From assembly GCA_038236365.1 (NCBI GenBank), contig JBBRZV010000008.1:5240-69239 (forward strand): 64,000 nt of DNA. Direction: 5' to 3'. The first letter of the stretch is position 1; every line of letters starts with the position of its first letter. Made by a program: the position numbers and the translations under genes. Origin of the DNA: Actinomycetales bacterium (lineage in GTDB: Bacteria; Actinomycetota; Actinomycetes; Actinomycetales; Dermatophilaceae). Below are positions 7,794 to 16,521 of the stretch, piece by piece. The notes beneath the pieces are model-generated. The model saw only the letters and a program-made list of their open reading frames with translations, was not told the DNA's origin and searched no databases.

Positions 7794-8593
7794 ACCGCCG
7801 CGTCGCGTTTGGCGAGTTCGGACCTCAGGGCGCGAACCTCGGCGGTCAGGTCAACGATGTCGGCGCGCGTGGTGGCCTGAGTCTGCTCCTCGACCTCGCG
7901 CACCTTGTCAAGAAGCCATGTGGCGAGAGAGGCGGTCACGATGCCCAGCAACGCGATCCCAGCAAGCATGAGCCCACCAGCAATGAAGCGGCCCTCAGCG
8001 GTGATCGGGTAGCGGTCGCCGTAGCCGACCGTCGTCACCGTCGTCATCGCCCACCACAACGCGTCGCCGAACGTCGTGATCGTCGCGCCCTTGGCGTGGC
8101 GCTCAGCCTCAAGGACGGCCAACGAAGCGACGAACAGGATCAGCGATGTTGACCCTGCGACGTAGACCGCGACGCGTCCGCGCAGCGAGCCGCCCGCGTG
8201 ACGGTTCAGGATTGACAACAACGCCACCAACCGCAGCAACCGCAAGGGGCGCAGCATCGGCAGGGCAACGGCTGCAAGGTCCAGGACGTTGCCGCGAACG
8301 AACGCGGACCGGTCGCCGGACAGGCTGAGTCGGGCGATGTAGTCCACGACGAACAGCGCCCACGCCGCCCAAGTCACGAACTGGCAGATGGCTGGCAGCG
8401 GGTCGGCCAGGCCGGGGTTCAGGATCGGCCAGGCATACGCAATGAGGAACAAGACGGCCGCAGCAGTCAGCGGCCAGTCGGCTTTGGCCTCCCAACGCTG
8501 GCGACGGAACTCACCGCCGGGACTGAGCAGCAGGTCCGCTTCATCCATCCCCATGCCGGTGAGGCTAGGGCCGTCTGGTTTCCGCCGTGACAT
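7790..8593 (-). CDS. Voltage-gated-type K+ channel (ion transport family)
   Basis: TTVGYGD is the K+ selectivity filter. An S4-like segment reads LRPLRLLRLVALLSILNR. There are six hydrophobic segments and a C-terminal coiled-coil-like tail. The ATG at 8593 (MSRRKPDG...) is preferred over the ORF-track start at 8695. Confidence 0.85.
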   Translation of the reverse strand: MSRRKPDGPSLTGMGMDEADLLLSPGGEFRRQRWEAKADWPLTAAAVLFLIAYAWPILNPGLADPLPAICQFVTWAAWALFVVDYIARLSLSGDRSAFVRGNVLDLAAVALPMLRPLRLLRLVALLSILNRHAGGSLRGRVAVYVAGSTSLILFVASLAVLEAERHAKGATITTFGDALWWAMTTVTTVGYGDRYPITAEGRFIAGGLMLAGIALLGIVTASLATWLLDKVREVEEQTQATTRADIVDLTAEVRALRSELAKRDAAV

Positions 8594-8655
8594 CGCCCCT
8601 GCTTCTGAACAGCAGAGAGCCCACCACGAGCAACCGTGGTGGGCTCTCTGAGCGA

Positions 8656-10107
8656 TCATGCGCGCCAGACAACCCCCAGCCTCTTGGGCGTCCACGGCGA
8701 CCCGCGACGGTCGGCCTTGGCCACCACCACGGCCTCCACAAGCGAGTCGACGACCGCCCGCTGCCGGTCGATGTCCAGCGTCGGGAACGCCTCAGCGCTT
8801 GCGACGATCAGCCGTGTTGGGGCAGTTGGCCTTTCGCGCTCCAGCTTGGCCTGCTCGGTCTCCAGCGCCTGCACCTGAGGGAAGATGATCGCGCCGGACA
8901 GCACGCCAGCGTTGAACGCCTGCATCAGTTCTGCGATCTGCTTGGGGATGGCCCGCAGGCGTGCCTCGCCCTCCCACTCAGCCGCCTTCACCGGCTCAGC
9001 GGACAGGTCGATGGTCGCCAGCCGCTGCTCCACGAGCGTGACGATCAGCGCGTCTGTCTGGCGCCCTGCGATCGTGACGCTGTGCCCCTTGCCCTCTGAC
9101 GAACAGGCGTACGCGTGCCCCTGTTTGGTCCTGAACCCGTGGCACTTGCTGCCGCACACGCCACAGCGCAACAGGGTGCTCAGCAGGTAGCGCTGAGCCC
9201 CGCGTCGCGTCTTGGGCCTGGTCCCGTCGAGGGCACCCTGCAGTGCCGCGAACGTCTCCTGGTCGACCATCGGCGTCCAGACCCCCTTGACTGGTTGGCC
9301 GCTCGCGTCGCGAGCGATCGCCTTGTCGCGGCCAGCGTGCCCACTGCCCTCCTGGTGCTTGGTGATCGCGTCGTTGGTGCCCAACAGGTCGCACATCGCG
9401 CACTTGAACTGGTGCGTGCGCCAGCCAGCCAGCCTCGCGTTCCGGAGCACCTGCCGGACGTTCGTGTGCGTCCAGGCGTTGCCGAAGGTGGTTGTCACGC
9501 CAGCAGCGTTCCAGCGTCGTGCGATCTCGTGCGTCGACGCGCCGTCGAGGATATCCTGGATGGCCTTCCGCAGCATCCGGCTCTCCTTGGGTTGGAGCGA
9601 CTTCTTGTCGTCGCCCCACCCGAACGGTCGCGTGCCTTGGTTCACCGCGCCCTTCTGCGCCTTGGCGAGAAACGCCCGCTTCAGCCGCTCAGCGGTCCGT
9701 TCCGCTTCCGCCTGATCGACGCTGGCCTTGATCTGGGCCACCATCCGGCCGTCCGCTGTCGACAGGTCGTCGTTGCCGCTGACCACCGTGTGGATCAGAA
9801 CCCCTGTCTGGTCGTGGAGTTCGATCAGGTCCAACAGTTCTCGCATCCGCCGCGTCAGCCGCGAGTTGCTGTACGCCACGATGACGTCGATCGTGCCCGC
9901 GCGGACGGCCGCGAGCATGGCGTCGTACTGCGGCCGTGGCTTCTTCGACAGGGACGACGCGCTGATGTCGTTGTCGACGTACGGCGGCTCGACCAGCGTC
10001 CAGCCCTCCCGCTTGACGAGGGCTCGGCAGTCCTCCTCCTGCCGGGCGACGCCGAGCCCCTCCTGCTCGGCGTCGCGGCTGATCCGACAGTAGATCGCGG
10101 CTCGCAT
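8656..10107 (-). CDS. Large serine recombinase (integrase)
   Basis: The N-terminal resolvase domain has AAIYCRISRD (catalytic Ser), plus a recombinase domain, a zinc-ribbon (LLRCGVCGSKCHG...YACS) and a coiled-coil C-terminus. Confidence 0.9.
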   Translation of the reverse strand: MRAAIYCRISRDAEQEGLGVARQEEDCRALVKREGWTLVEPPYVDNDISASSLSKKPRPQYDAMLAAVRAGTIDVIVAYSNSRLTRRMRELLDLIELHDQTGVLIHTVVSGNDDLSTADGRMVAQIKASVDQAEAERTAERLKRAFLAKAQKGAVNQGTRPFGWGDDKKSLQPKESRMLRKAIQDILDGASTHEIARRWNAAGVTTTFGNAWTHTNVRQVLRNARLAGWRTHQFKCAMCDLLGTNDAITKHQEGSGHAGRDKAIARDASGQPVKGVWTPMVDQETFAALQGALDGTRPKTRRGAQRYLLSTLLRCGVCGSKCHGFRTKQGHAYACSSEGKGHSVTIAGRQTDALIVTLVEQRLATIDLSAEPVKAAEWEGEARLRAIPKQIAELMQAFNAGVLSGAIIFPQVQALETEQAKLERERPTAPTRLIVASAEAFPTLDIDRQRAVVDSLVEAVVVAKADRRGSPWTPKRLGVVWRA

Positions 10108-10310
10108 CAGATGCTCACCCGCTGTGGACGGCCATCGGCGACATCGCCGCTGGTCACCACAACGTCGCCGGGCAGGTACCAGCCGCCAGCGACACGCTCC
10201 ACACTGAACGCTTCGCCGTCCGCTGTCACGACACGGGCCACGGTGCCAATCGGCAAGGCTTCCAAGGCTGTCTCCAAGGTGGTCGGGTCAGATGTGTCTA
10301 GGTTGTGCAT
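10107..10310 (-). CDS. Small hypothetical protein (67 aa) upstream of, and overlapping, the recombinase start
   Basis: ATG at 10310 is preceded by gagaggga. Its stop overlaps the recombinase ATG by 1 nt. Confidence 0.55.
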   Translation of the reverse strand: MHNLDTSDPTTLETALEALPIGTVARVVTADGEAFSVERVAGGWYLPGDVVVTSGDVADGRPQRVSI

Positions 10311-10356
10311 GGTCGGTTCCCTCTCGTGCTGGAGCCTAGCACCGGGTTAGTGCATC

Positions 10357-10980
10357 TTGCTCCTGGACGAGGCTCCGGAGTTCAAGCCTGGCGTCCTGCA
10401 GGCTCTGCGCCAGCCGGTCGAGTCCGGTGAGGTGGTCGTGGCGCGAGCCTCAGGGGTTGTCAGGTACCCAGCGCGTTTTCAGCTGGTACTCGCGGCCAAC
10501 CCGTGCCCGTGCGGGCGTGGCGTCGGCAAGGGCATCGACTGTTCCTGTTCGCCGCGTGCCCGGCGCGACTACATGGGCAAGCTCGCAGGGCCGCTGCTGG
10601 ATCGGGTGGACCTCCAGCTGCAGATGCGTGCCGTCTCCAGGGCGGGCCTGTTCGCGCCCGTCGGCGAGAGCAGTGCCAGCGTTGCCGCACGCGTTGCGAC
10701 GGCAAGGGGTCTGCAGGCTGAGCGCCTCGCCAACACACAGTGGCGGCTCAACGGCGACGTTCCGGGCCCGATGATGCGTGAGGGTTTCTTGAAGCTGCCC
10801 ATGGCCGCCACCGTGGATCTTGAGCGCGCTCTGGAACGCGGGGTGCTAACCCTTCGCGGCTATGACCGGGTTCTCAAGATCGCATGGACCGTCACTGACC
10901 TTGCGGGTGGCGGAGCGCCCAACCGAGGCGACGTCGGACTGGCTCTGACCTTGCGCACCCAGTCGGCGGTAGCGGCATGA
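10357..10980 (+). pseudogene. comM: 3' fragment of the comM/yifB (Mg-chelatase-like AAA+) gene, split by the element
   Basis: It begins at the Walker B region (L)LLDEAPEF and continues QALRQP(V/L)ESG..V..AR....YPARFQLVLAANPCPCG. Only ~205 C-terminal residues are present. An in-frame TAG lies directly upstream. Confidence 0.8.
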
Positions 10981-12113
10981 GTGTGCTTTTGCGAAGCAGC
11001 CTCCTGGCCCAGGATCGCTTTGCGCGAGCGGCATGGAGCCGCGTGGCAGAGCCTGGCGACCCTGTTGCCGCCAGACTGATCCGGACGCATGGTCCGGTGG
11101 CTGCGCTCGTTCTGGCGGCTTCGGGCATCGAGCCGGCCGCCCAGCGTTTCCTGCCCAGACTCGAGGTCCTCGACGTTGAACGAGACCTTGAGGTAGGGGC
11201 CAAGTTCGCTGCCCGCGTGGTCTGTCCCGGCGACCCGGAGTGGCCGCACGGTCTCGACGACCTTGAAGCGCCGCCCTATTGCCTCTGGGTTCGTGGACCG
11301 GTTGATCTTGCGGCGTCCTGTCATCGCAGTGCGGCAGTGGTGGGAGCCCGAAGCGCCACCGCCTATGGCGAGATGGTGGCCACCGAGATGGCCGCCGGAC
11401 TCGGGGAGCGTCGATTCACGGTCGTCTCTGGCGCAGCCTTCGGAATTGACGCAGCAGCACACCGTGGTGCCCTTGCCACCGCGGCGACCACAATTGCCGT
11501 GCTGGCCGGCGGGGTCGAACGTCCTTATCCCTCGTCGCACGCCGCCCTGATCGCCCGAATTGTCGAGGTCGGTGCGGTTGTCAGCGAAGTGGCACCGGGG
11601 TCGGCACCCACGAAAACCCGGTTCCTGCAACGCAATCGAATGATTGCAACAATGAGCCGTGGGACTGTGGTGGTCGAGGCCGGCTTGAGGTCGGGCTCGT
11701 TGAACACGGCCCGCACCGCCGCTGATCACGGTCGAGTGGTGGTGGCGGTGCCCGGCCCGGTGACGTCCATGATGTCCGCGGGATGTCACGAGGCGATCCG
11801 GTCCGGGATGGCGCAGCTCGTGACGGACGCCCCGGAGGCGGCGGAGGCCATCGGGGACTATGGCAGCGACCTCGCTCCGGTCCGTCGTGGGCCGACCATG
11901 GCAGGGGACGAGCTCGACGAGCTCGAAGTTCGACTGCTCTCTGCCCTACCTGTCCGCAAGGGCGTTCCGGTCAGTCGACTGGCCGTGTCATCCGGGCTCT
12001 CGGTCGCCGAGGTCAGGTCGTTGCTCGGAAGACTGGATCTGTGCGACCTGGCCGAACGCCATGGTGAGGGCTGGCGACAGGGCCCGGCGGCCCGAAAGGC
12101 TCGCGCTCTCTGA
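10977..12113 (+). CDS. dprA: DNA-processing protein DprA
   Basis: Motifs [18 protein letters not shown] and FLQRNRMIA are present. The ATGA overlap with the comM stop matches conserved synteny. Confidence 0.9.
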   Translation: MSVLLRSSLLAQDRFARAAWSRVAEPGDPVAARLIRTHGPVAALVLAASGIEPAAQRFLPRLEVLDVERDLEVGAKFAARVVCPGDPEWPHGLDDLEAPPYCLWVRGPVDLAASCHRSAAVVGARSATAYGEMVATEMAAGLGERRFTVVSGAAFGIDAAAHRGALATAATTIAVLAGGVERPYPSSHAALIARIVEVGAVVSEVAPGSAPTKTRFLQRNRMIATMSRGTVVVEAGLRSGSLNTARTAADHGRVVVAVPGPVTSMMSAGCHEAIRSGMAQLVTDAPEAAEAIGDYGSDLAPVRRGPTMAGDELDELEVRLLSALPVRKGVPVSRLAVSSGLSVAEVRSLLGRLDLCDLAERHGEGWRQGPAARKARAL

Positions 12114-12151
12114 GAACGTGCGTCCTGAGCGAGGACACGGCGATCGGAGGG

Positions 12152-13108
12152 GTGGATGTCCTTGCTGATTGCTCGTGGGCTTGTCAGCGTGAGGTGGTGC
12201 ACGCAGACTTCCCCGAACCGATCGAGGCCTTCGCTCGGCATCTCCGCCTCGAGCGGGGTCGGTCCGTGCACACCCAACGGGCTTATGTTGGCGACGTCGG
12301 CAACCTGATGGCCTTCGCCGAAGGGCACGGGATCCATGACCTCTCCCGGCTGAGGCTTTCTGATCTGCGGTCCTGGCTGGCCCATCAGTCTGAGGACGGG
12401 GCGGCGCGAGCGACCATCGCGCGCCGGGCTGCGTCGGCGCGAGCGTTTTTGCGTTGGGCGACCCGTACTGGGCTGATTGAGGCCGACCCGTCCCTGCGTC
12501 TCGTGGCGCCCAAGCGTCTCCAGTCGCTTCCGGACGTGCTCAAGAAGGATGAGATGACCACCTTGCTGGACCTCGCTGCTGTGGCCGCAGACGACCAGGA
12601 GGCCCTGCATCTGCGGGACCGCGCGATGTTGGAGCTCTTGTATGCCACGGGTATTCGGGTTGGTGAGCTGGTGGGCCTGGACAGGGACGACGTCGACTTC
12701 GGCTCCAACGTCGTCCGGGTGATGGGCAAGGGAGCCAAGGAGAGGACGGTGCCCTTCGGCGGCCCTGCGGCTGAAGCGCTACAGGGTTGGCTCACGCTGG
12801 GTCGGGGCCAGGTGGTCTCCGCTGTGAGTGGCGGGGCCCTGTTCCTCGGGCGACGAGGTGGCCGTGTCGACCCACGTCAGGTCCGCGGCGCGGTCCACCA
12901 TCTGTTGCAGTACGTCCCTGAGGCACCGGACATCGGACCACACGGGCTGAGGCACAGCGCGGCCACCCACCTACTCGAGGGCGGTGCCGACCTTCGCGCG
13001 GTCCAGGAGATGCTCGGCCACGCCAGTCTTGCCACGACGCAGATCTATACCCATGTCTCGGTCGAGCGTCTCAGGCGCTCGTACCTGCAGGCGCATCCCC
13101 GCGCCTGA
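12152..13108 (+). CDS. xerC: Tyrosine recombinase XerC
   Basis: [12 protein letters not shown] is present, with catalytic-region motifs [17 protein letters not shown] and [15 protein letters not shown]. The true start may be the GTG at 12194. Confidence 0.9.
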   Translation: MDVLADCSWACQREVVHADFPEPIEAFARHLRLERGRSVHTQRAYVGDVGNLMAFAEGHGIHDLSRLRLSDLRSWLAHQSEDGAARATIARRAASARAFLRWATRTGLIEADPSLRLVAPKRLQSLPDVLKKDEMTTLLDLAAVAADDQEALHLRDRAMLELLYATGIRVGELVGLDRDDVDFGSNVVRVMGKGAKERTVPFGGPAAEALQGWLTLGRGQVVSAVSGGALFLGRRGGRVDPRQVRGAVHHLLQYVPEAPDIGPHGLRHSAATHLLEGGADLRAVQEMLGHASLATTQIYTHVSVERLRRSYLQAHPRA

Positions 13109-13158
13109 TCTCCGCCGTTCTTGTCTTCGGGCCGTCCGATCTGTGAGCCGCGCTCGTC

Positions 13159-13782
13159 TCAGCCGAGGGGCAGAAGAACTGGCCGGCCAAGACCCAGCAA
13201 GGACAGGGGATCCCGGTAGTCCTCTCCGGAGATGGCCCCCCAGTGAAGGCAGTGAAGGGGCACGCAGTGACCGGGTTCGTCGGAGAGGACGCCGACCGGG
13301 GTACCTCGGCGCACGAATGTGCCGGATGCCACGCGCTCTTCAACCGGCTCGTATGTGGTGCGGATCCTATCGGAATGTTGAACGGTGAGAACTCCTCGGC
13401 CCGCGACGACTCCCGAGAAGGCCACGATGCCGTCTCCCGCGCTGAGCACCGGTTGGCCCACGGTCGCCAACAGGTCGACGCCGCGGTGACCTGGGGACCA
13501 CTGGTCTCGGGGCTGATCGAAGGGTCGAAGGACTGCAGGCCGTGGGGACAACGGCCAAGTGAAGTCAAGGCGAAGTGTGGCCCGCGTCATGACAACAGTC
13601 GAAGTTGAAGCGCCCGTAGCACCATCCGCGGCTGCGTTGGCCGACGTGATCACTTCGGGGTTGGCGACTTGTTCCGAGGCGGTCGGTGCCGATCGTGGAC
13701 GGGCAGCAGGTACAGATGATGTAGCGGTCAACCCCAACGCCGTGATGACGGCGGCCGAAGCCGCGAGGACAAGGAGCTGCAT
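13159..13782 (-). CDS. M23 family peptidase (secreted)
   Basis: It has a signal sequence, HRGVDL and a C-terminal HLHWG-type (HCLHWGA) motif. Confidence 0.8.
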   Translation of the reverse strand: MQLLVLAASAAVITALGLTATSSVPAARPRSAPTASEQVANPEVITSANAAADGATGASTSTVVMTRATLRLDFTWPLSPRPAVLRPFDQPRDQWSPGHRGVDLLATVGQPVLSAGDGIVAFSGVVAGRGVLTVQHSDRIRTTYEPVEERVASGTFVRRGTPVGVLSDEPGHCVPLHCLHWGAISGEDYRDPLSLLGLGRPVLLPLG

Positions 13783-13939
13783 GGGCTCAAGATCCCTCCT
13801 CGACGGCTATGGCGACGGCCAGCGATGCTTTCCTGTGCACGATCACCGAGTCCGGCATACCCCTGTGGACAGTTGCGGCTGGCTCAGCAATCGGCAGCCC
13901 GGTCAGCGCGTGGCAGGCGCAGGACCAGTGGCCGCCGGG

Positions 13940-15103
13940 TCAGCGCGAGGCGAGCACGCCCAGCCGTGTGACGGCCTCTTCGAGCACCTCATCGCGCTTG
14001 CAGAATGCGAAGCGAACGAGGGACCTCGCTGCGTCCTTGTCGTCGCACAGGACGGAGACCGGGACCCCGACCACACCACACAGCGCGGGCATCCTGCGAC
14101 AGAACTCGAGAGCATCGCTGACTCCGAGAGGGGCCGCATCGGCGATCACGAAGTAGGTGGCAGAGGGCCGGGCCACTTCAAACCCGGCAGCGGAAAGGCC
14201 CTCGCACAACAGGTCGCGTTTGGCCTGCAACGACGATGCCGCCCCGTGGTACACGTCATCGCCCAGGCCCAGTGCCACGGCGATCGCTGGCTGAAACGGC
14301 CCGCTCGCCACGTAGGTCAGGAACTGCTTGACCGTTCGGGCCGCGGCCACTGCAGCAGGGGGTCCGTGAAGCCACCCGACTTTCCACCCTGTGGCCGAGA
14401 ACGTCTTGCCTGCGGACGAGATGGTGATGGTGCGTTCCGCCATGCCAGGCAGGGTCGCGACCGGAATGTGCTGCACGCCGTCGAACACGAGGTGCTCGTA
14501 GACCTCATCAGTGACCACCCAGGCGTCATGCTCGCGAGCCAGTGAGCAGATCAGGTCCAGCTCGGCCCGTGTGAAGACCTTGCCGGTGGGATTGTGAGGC
14601 GTGTTCAACAGGACCAGGCGGGTCCGCGGGGAGAACGCCGTTCTCAGGGACGCTTGGTCGACCTCAAAGTCTGGAAAACGCAGCAGGCAAGTGCGGCGCA
14701 CGGCTCCAGCCAGGGCGACCGTGGCGGCATACGAGTCGTAGTACGGCTCGAACATCACGACCTCGTCCCCTGGTTCGCACAGCGCCAGGATCACGGCGGC
14801 GATGGCCTCGGTTGCGCCGGCGGTGACCAGGATCTCGCCGGACGGGTCGACCGACAGCCCGTAGAACCGTCGCTGGTGCTCAGCGATCGCGGTCAGGAGC
14901 TCGGGCACCCCGGCGCCGGGCGGGTACTGGTTGCGTCCGGAGCTGATCGCGTCGATCGCAGCGTCGAGCATCTCCCGCGGTCCGTCGGTGTCCGGAAAGC
15001 CCTGCCCGAGGTTGATCGCGCCCGTGCTCAGCGCGAGTGCGCTCATCTCGGCGAAGATCGTGGTCCCAAAGCCCTGCATGCGGGCAACCAGCGGATTTCC
15101 CAT
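13940..15103 (-). CDS. Class I/II PLP-dependent aminotransferase (387 aa)
   Basis: The ATG at 15103 (MGNPLVARMQGFG...) was verified in the DNA. Motifs LNTPHNPTG and SSAGKTFSATGWKVGW (PLP Lys) are present. The 854-aa ORF-track version is an artefactual upstream extension across rpsB. Confidence 0.85.
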   Translation of the reverse strand: MGNPLVARMQGFGTTIFAEMSALALSTGAINLGQGFPDTDGPREMLDAAIDAISSGRNQYPPGAGVPELLTAIAEHQRRFYGLSVDPSGEILVTAGATEAIAAVILALCEPGDEVVMFEPYYDSYAATVALAGAVRRTCLLRFPDFEVDQASLRTAFSPRTRLVLLNTPHNPTGKVFTRAELDLICSLAREHDAWVVTDEVYEHLVFDGVQHIPVATLPGMAERTITISSAGKTFSATGWKVGWLHGPPAAVAAARTVKQFLTYVASGPFQPAIAVALGLGDDVYHGAASSLQAKRDLLCEGLSAAGFEVARPSATYFVIADAAPLGVSDALEFCRRMPALCGVVGVPVSVLCDDKDAARSLVRFAFCKRDEVLEEAVTRLGVLASR

Positions 15104-15331
15104 GTCCGGCAGGCTAGCCGTAACATGAGCACACCACAGGTCTGTCTTTCGGCGGATCGGTGGAATTCGCGCGTCTACTTGCCGTCGCTCGCCTCTCGAG
15201 GCCTGTATGACGGGCCCGCACCGCCGCAGTCCCGGATCCTTCGGGTGGGGTGCGCTCGCAGGCGCCAGGCACGAGACCGGCAACCCGCCGTGCTTGTGGA
15301 TAACTGGAACAAATGAAAGTGAGACCACGGC

Positions 15332-16429
15332 ATGGCCGTCGTCACCATGCGTCAGCTCCTCGAGAGCGGCGTCCACTTCGGGCACCAGACCCGTCGATGG
15401 AACCCCAAGATGAAGCGCTTCATCATGACCGAGCGCAATGGCATCTACATCATTGACCTGCAGCAGTCGTTGACCTACATCAACGATGCCTACGAGTTCA
15501 TCAAGGAGACCGTCGCCCACGGCGGCACCATCTTGTTCGTCGGCACCAAGAAGCAGGCCCAGGAGCCCATCGCCGATCAGGCGACCCGCGTCGGTATGCC
15601 GTACGTCACGTACCGCTGGCTCGGTGGCATGCTCACCAACTTCAACACGATCAGCAAGCGCCTGTCCCGTCTGAAGGAGCTCGAAGAGATCGACTACGCG
15701 GACGTTGCTGGATCCGGCCGGACCAAGAAAGAGCTCCTCGTGATGAAGCGCGAGAAGATCAAGCTCGAGAAGACCCTCGGCGGCATCCGCGACATGTCCA
15801 AGATCCCCTCGGCCGTGTGGATCGTGGACACCAAGAAGGAGCACCTCGCCGTCACGGAGGCGCGCAAGCTCAAGCTCCCGGTCATCGCGATCCTCGACAC
15901 GAACTGCGACCCGGACGAGGTCGACTACAAGATCCCCGGTAACGACGACGCGATCCGTTCCGTCACCCTGCTCACCCGCGTGGTCGCCGATGCAGTCGCT
16001 GAGGGCCTGATGGCTCGCGCGGCGGCCCGTGGTGGCGGCGCGGCGGCCGAGGAAGGCGTCGTGGCTGTTGACGAGCCGATGGCCGAGTGGGAGCGCGAGC
16101 TCCTGGCTGGCGCTGAGGCTCCGGTTGCTGAGGCTCCGGTTGCTGAGGCTCCGGTTGCTGAGGCTCCGGTTGCTGAGGCTCCTGCCGCTGACGTCGTCGC
16201 TCCAGATGCCGAGGTCCCTGCTGTTGAGAGTCCGGCAGCTGAGGTTTCTGCCGCTGAGGTCGCTGCTGCTGAGGCTTCCGTTGCCGAGGCTGCCGCTGCT
16301 CAGGCTTCCGTTGCCGAGGCTCGTGCCGCTGAGGTCACCAAGGCCCGTGAGGCTGAGGTCGCCAAGGCTCGTGCCGCTGAGGCTCCTGCCCCTTCCCCTG
16401 CTCCAGCCGCTGAGGTCCCCGAGGCCTGA
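15332..16429 (+). CDS. rpsB: 30S ribosomal protein S2 with a long Ala/Glu/Val-rich C-terminal extension
   Basis: Translation begins [27 protein letters not shown]. The C-terminus has the AEAPV repeats. Confidence 0.95.
   Translation: MAVVTMRQLLESGVHFGHQTRRWNPKMKRFIMTERNGIYIIDLQQSLTYINDAYEFIKETVAHGGTILFVGTKKQAQEPIADQATRVGMPYVTYRWLGGMLTNFNTISKRLSRLKELEEIDYADVAGSGRTKKELLVMKREKIKLEKTLGGIRDMSKIPSAVWIVDTKKEHLAVTEARKLKLPVIAILDTNCDPDEVDYKIPGNDDAIRSVTLLTRVVADAVAEGLMARAAARGGGAAAEEGVVAVDEPMAEWERELLAGAEAPVAEAPVAEAPVAEAPVAEAPAADVVAPDAEVPAVESPAAEVSAAEVAAAEASVAEAAAAQASVAEARAAEVTKAREAEVAKARAAEAPAPSPAPAAEVPEA
16112..16186 (+). repeat. Tandem 15-bp repeat gctgaggctccggtt (4 perfect copies plus 1 degenerate) inside rpsB
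   Basis: The repeat is seen directly and encodes (AEAPV)x4. It is followed by degenerate A/E/V repeats up to the stop. Confidence 0.9.
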
Positions 16430-16458
16430 GCACCACTGCTGAACTACTGAAGAGTCAG

Positions 16459-16497
16459 CGCGCCGGGTCCGACCAGAGCTTGGTCGCACCCGGCGCG
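16459..16497 (+). promoter_or_regulatory. rpsB-tsf intergenic hairpin (attenuator or processing site candidate)
   Basis: A 17-bp stem with one mismatch and a 5-nt loop, pairing 16459-16475 with 16481-16497. Confidence 0.45.
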
Positions 16498-16521
16498 TAC
16501 TCACGAAAGAGAGCGATAACG

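Larger units (their letters stand above)
1..10356. mobile_element. Integrated element (prophage-like or actinomycete integrative element) inserted in comM/yifB. Only the right junction is in the window.
   Basis: A large serine recombinase lies at the right end. A Prim-Pol replication gene with an iteron array and many short translationally coupled ORFs are typical of actinobacterial integrative elements. The comM-homologous reading frame starts abruptly at 10357, right after an in-frame TAG (10348-10350). No comM 5' half is present in the window. Confidence 0.75.

Noticed and set aside
10311-10356. tRNA or direct-repeat att site at the element junction
   Set aside because: No tRNA-like sequence is present. 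Serine recombinases do not generate long direct repeats and the second junction is off-window, so the att core cannot be defined here.
13783-13939. Possible cyclic-di-AMP (ydaO-type) riboswitch upstream of the M23 peptidase
   Set aside because: I read the reverse complement and could not find the conserved ydaO core elements. Only a good SD (gaggaggga) is evident.
15104-16504. Upstream 467-aa extension of the aminotransferase ORF (13940-16504)
   Set aside because: The extension runs antisense through rpsB and is repeat-derived ([10 protein letters not shown]...). The aminotransferase domain starts at the ATG at 15103.
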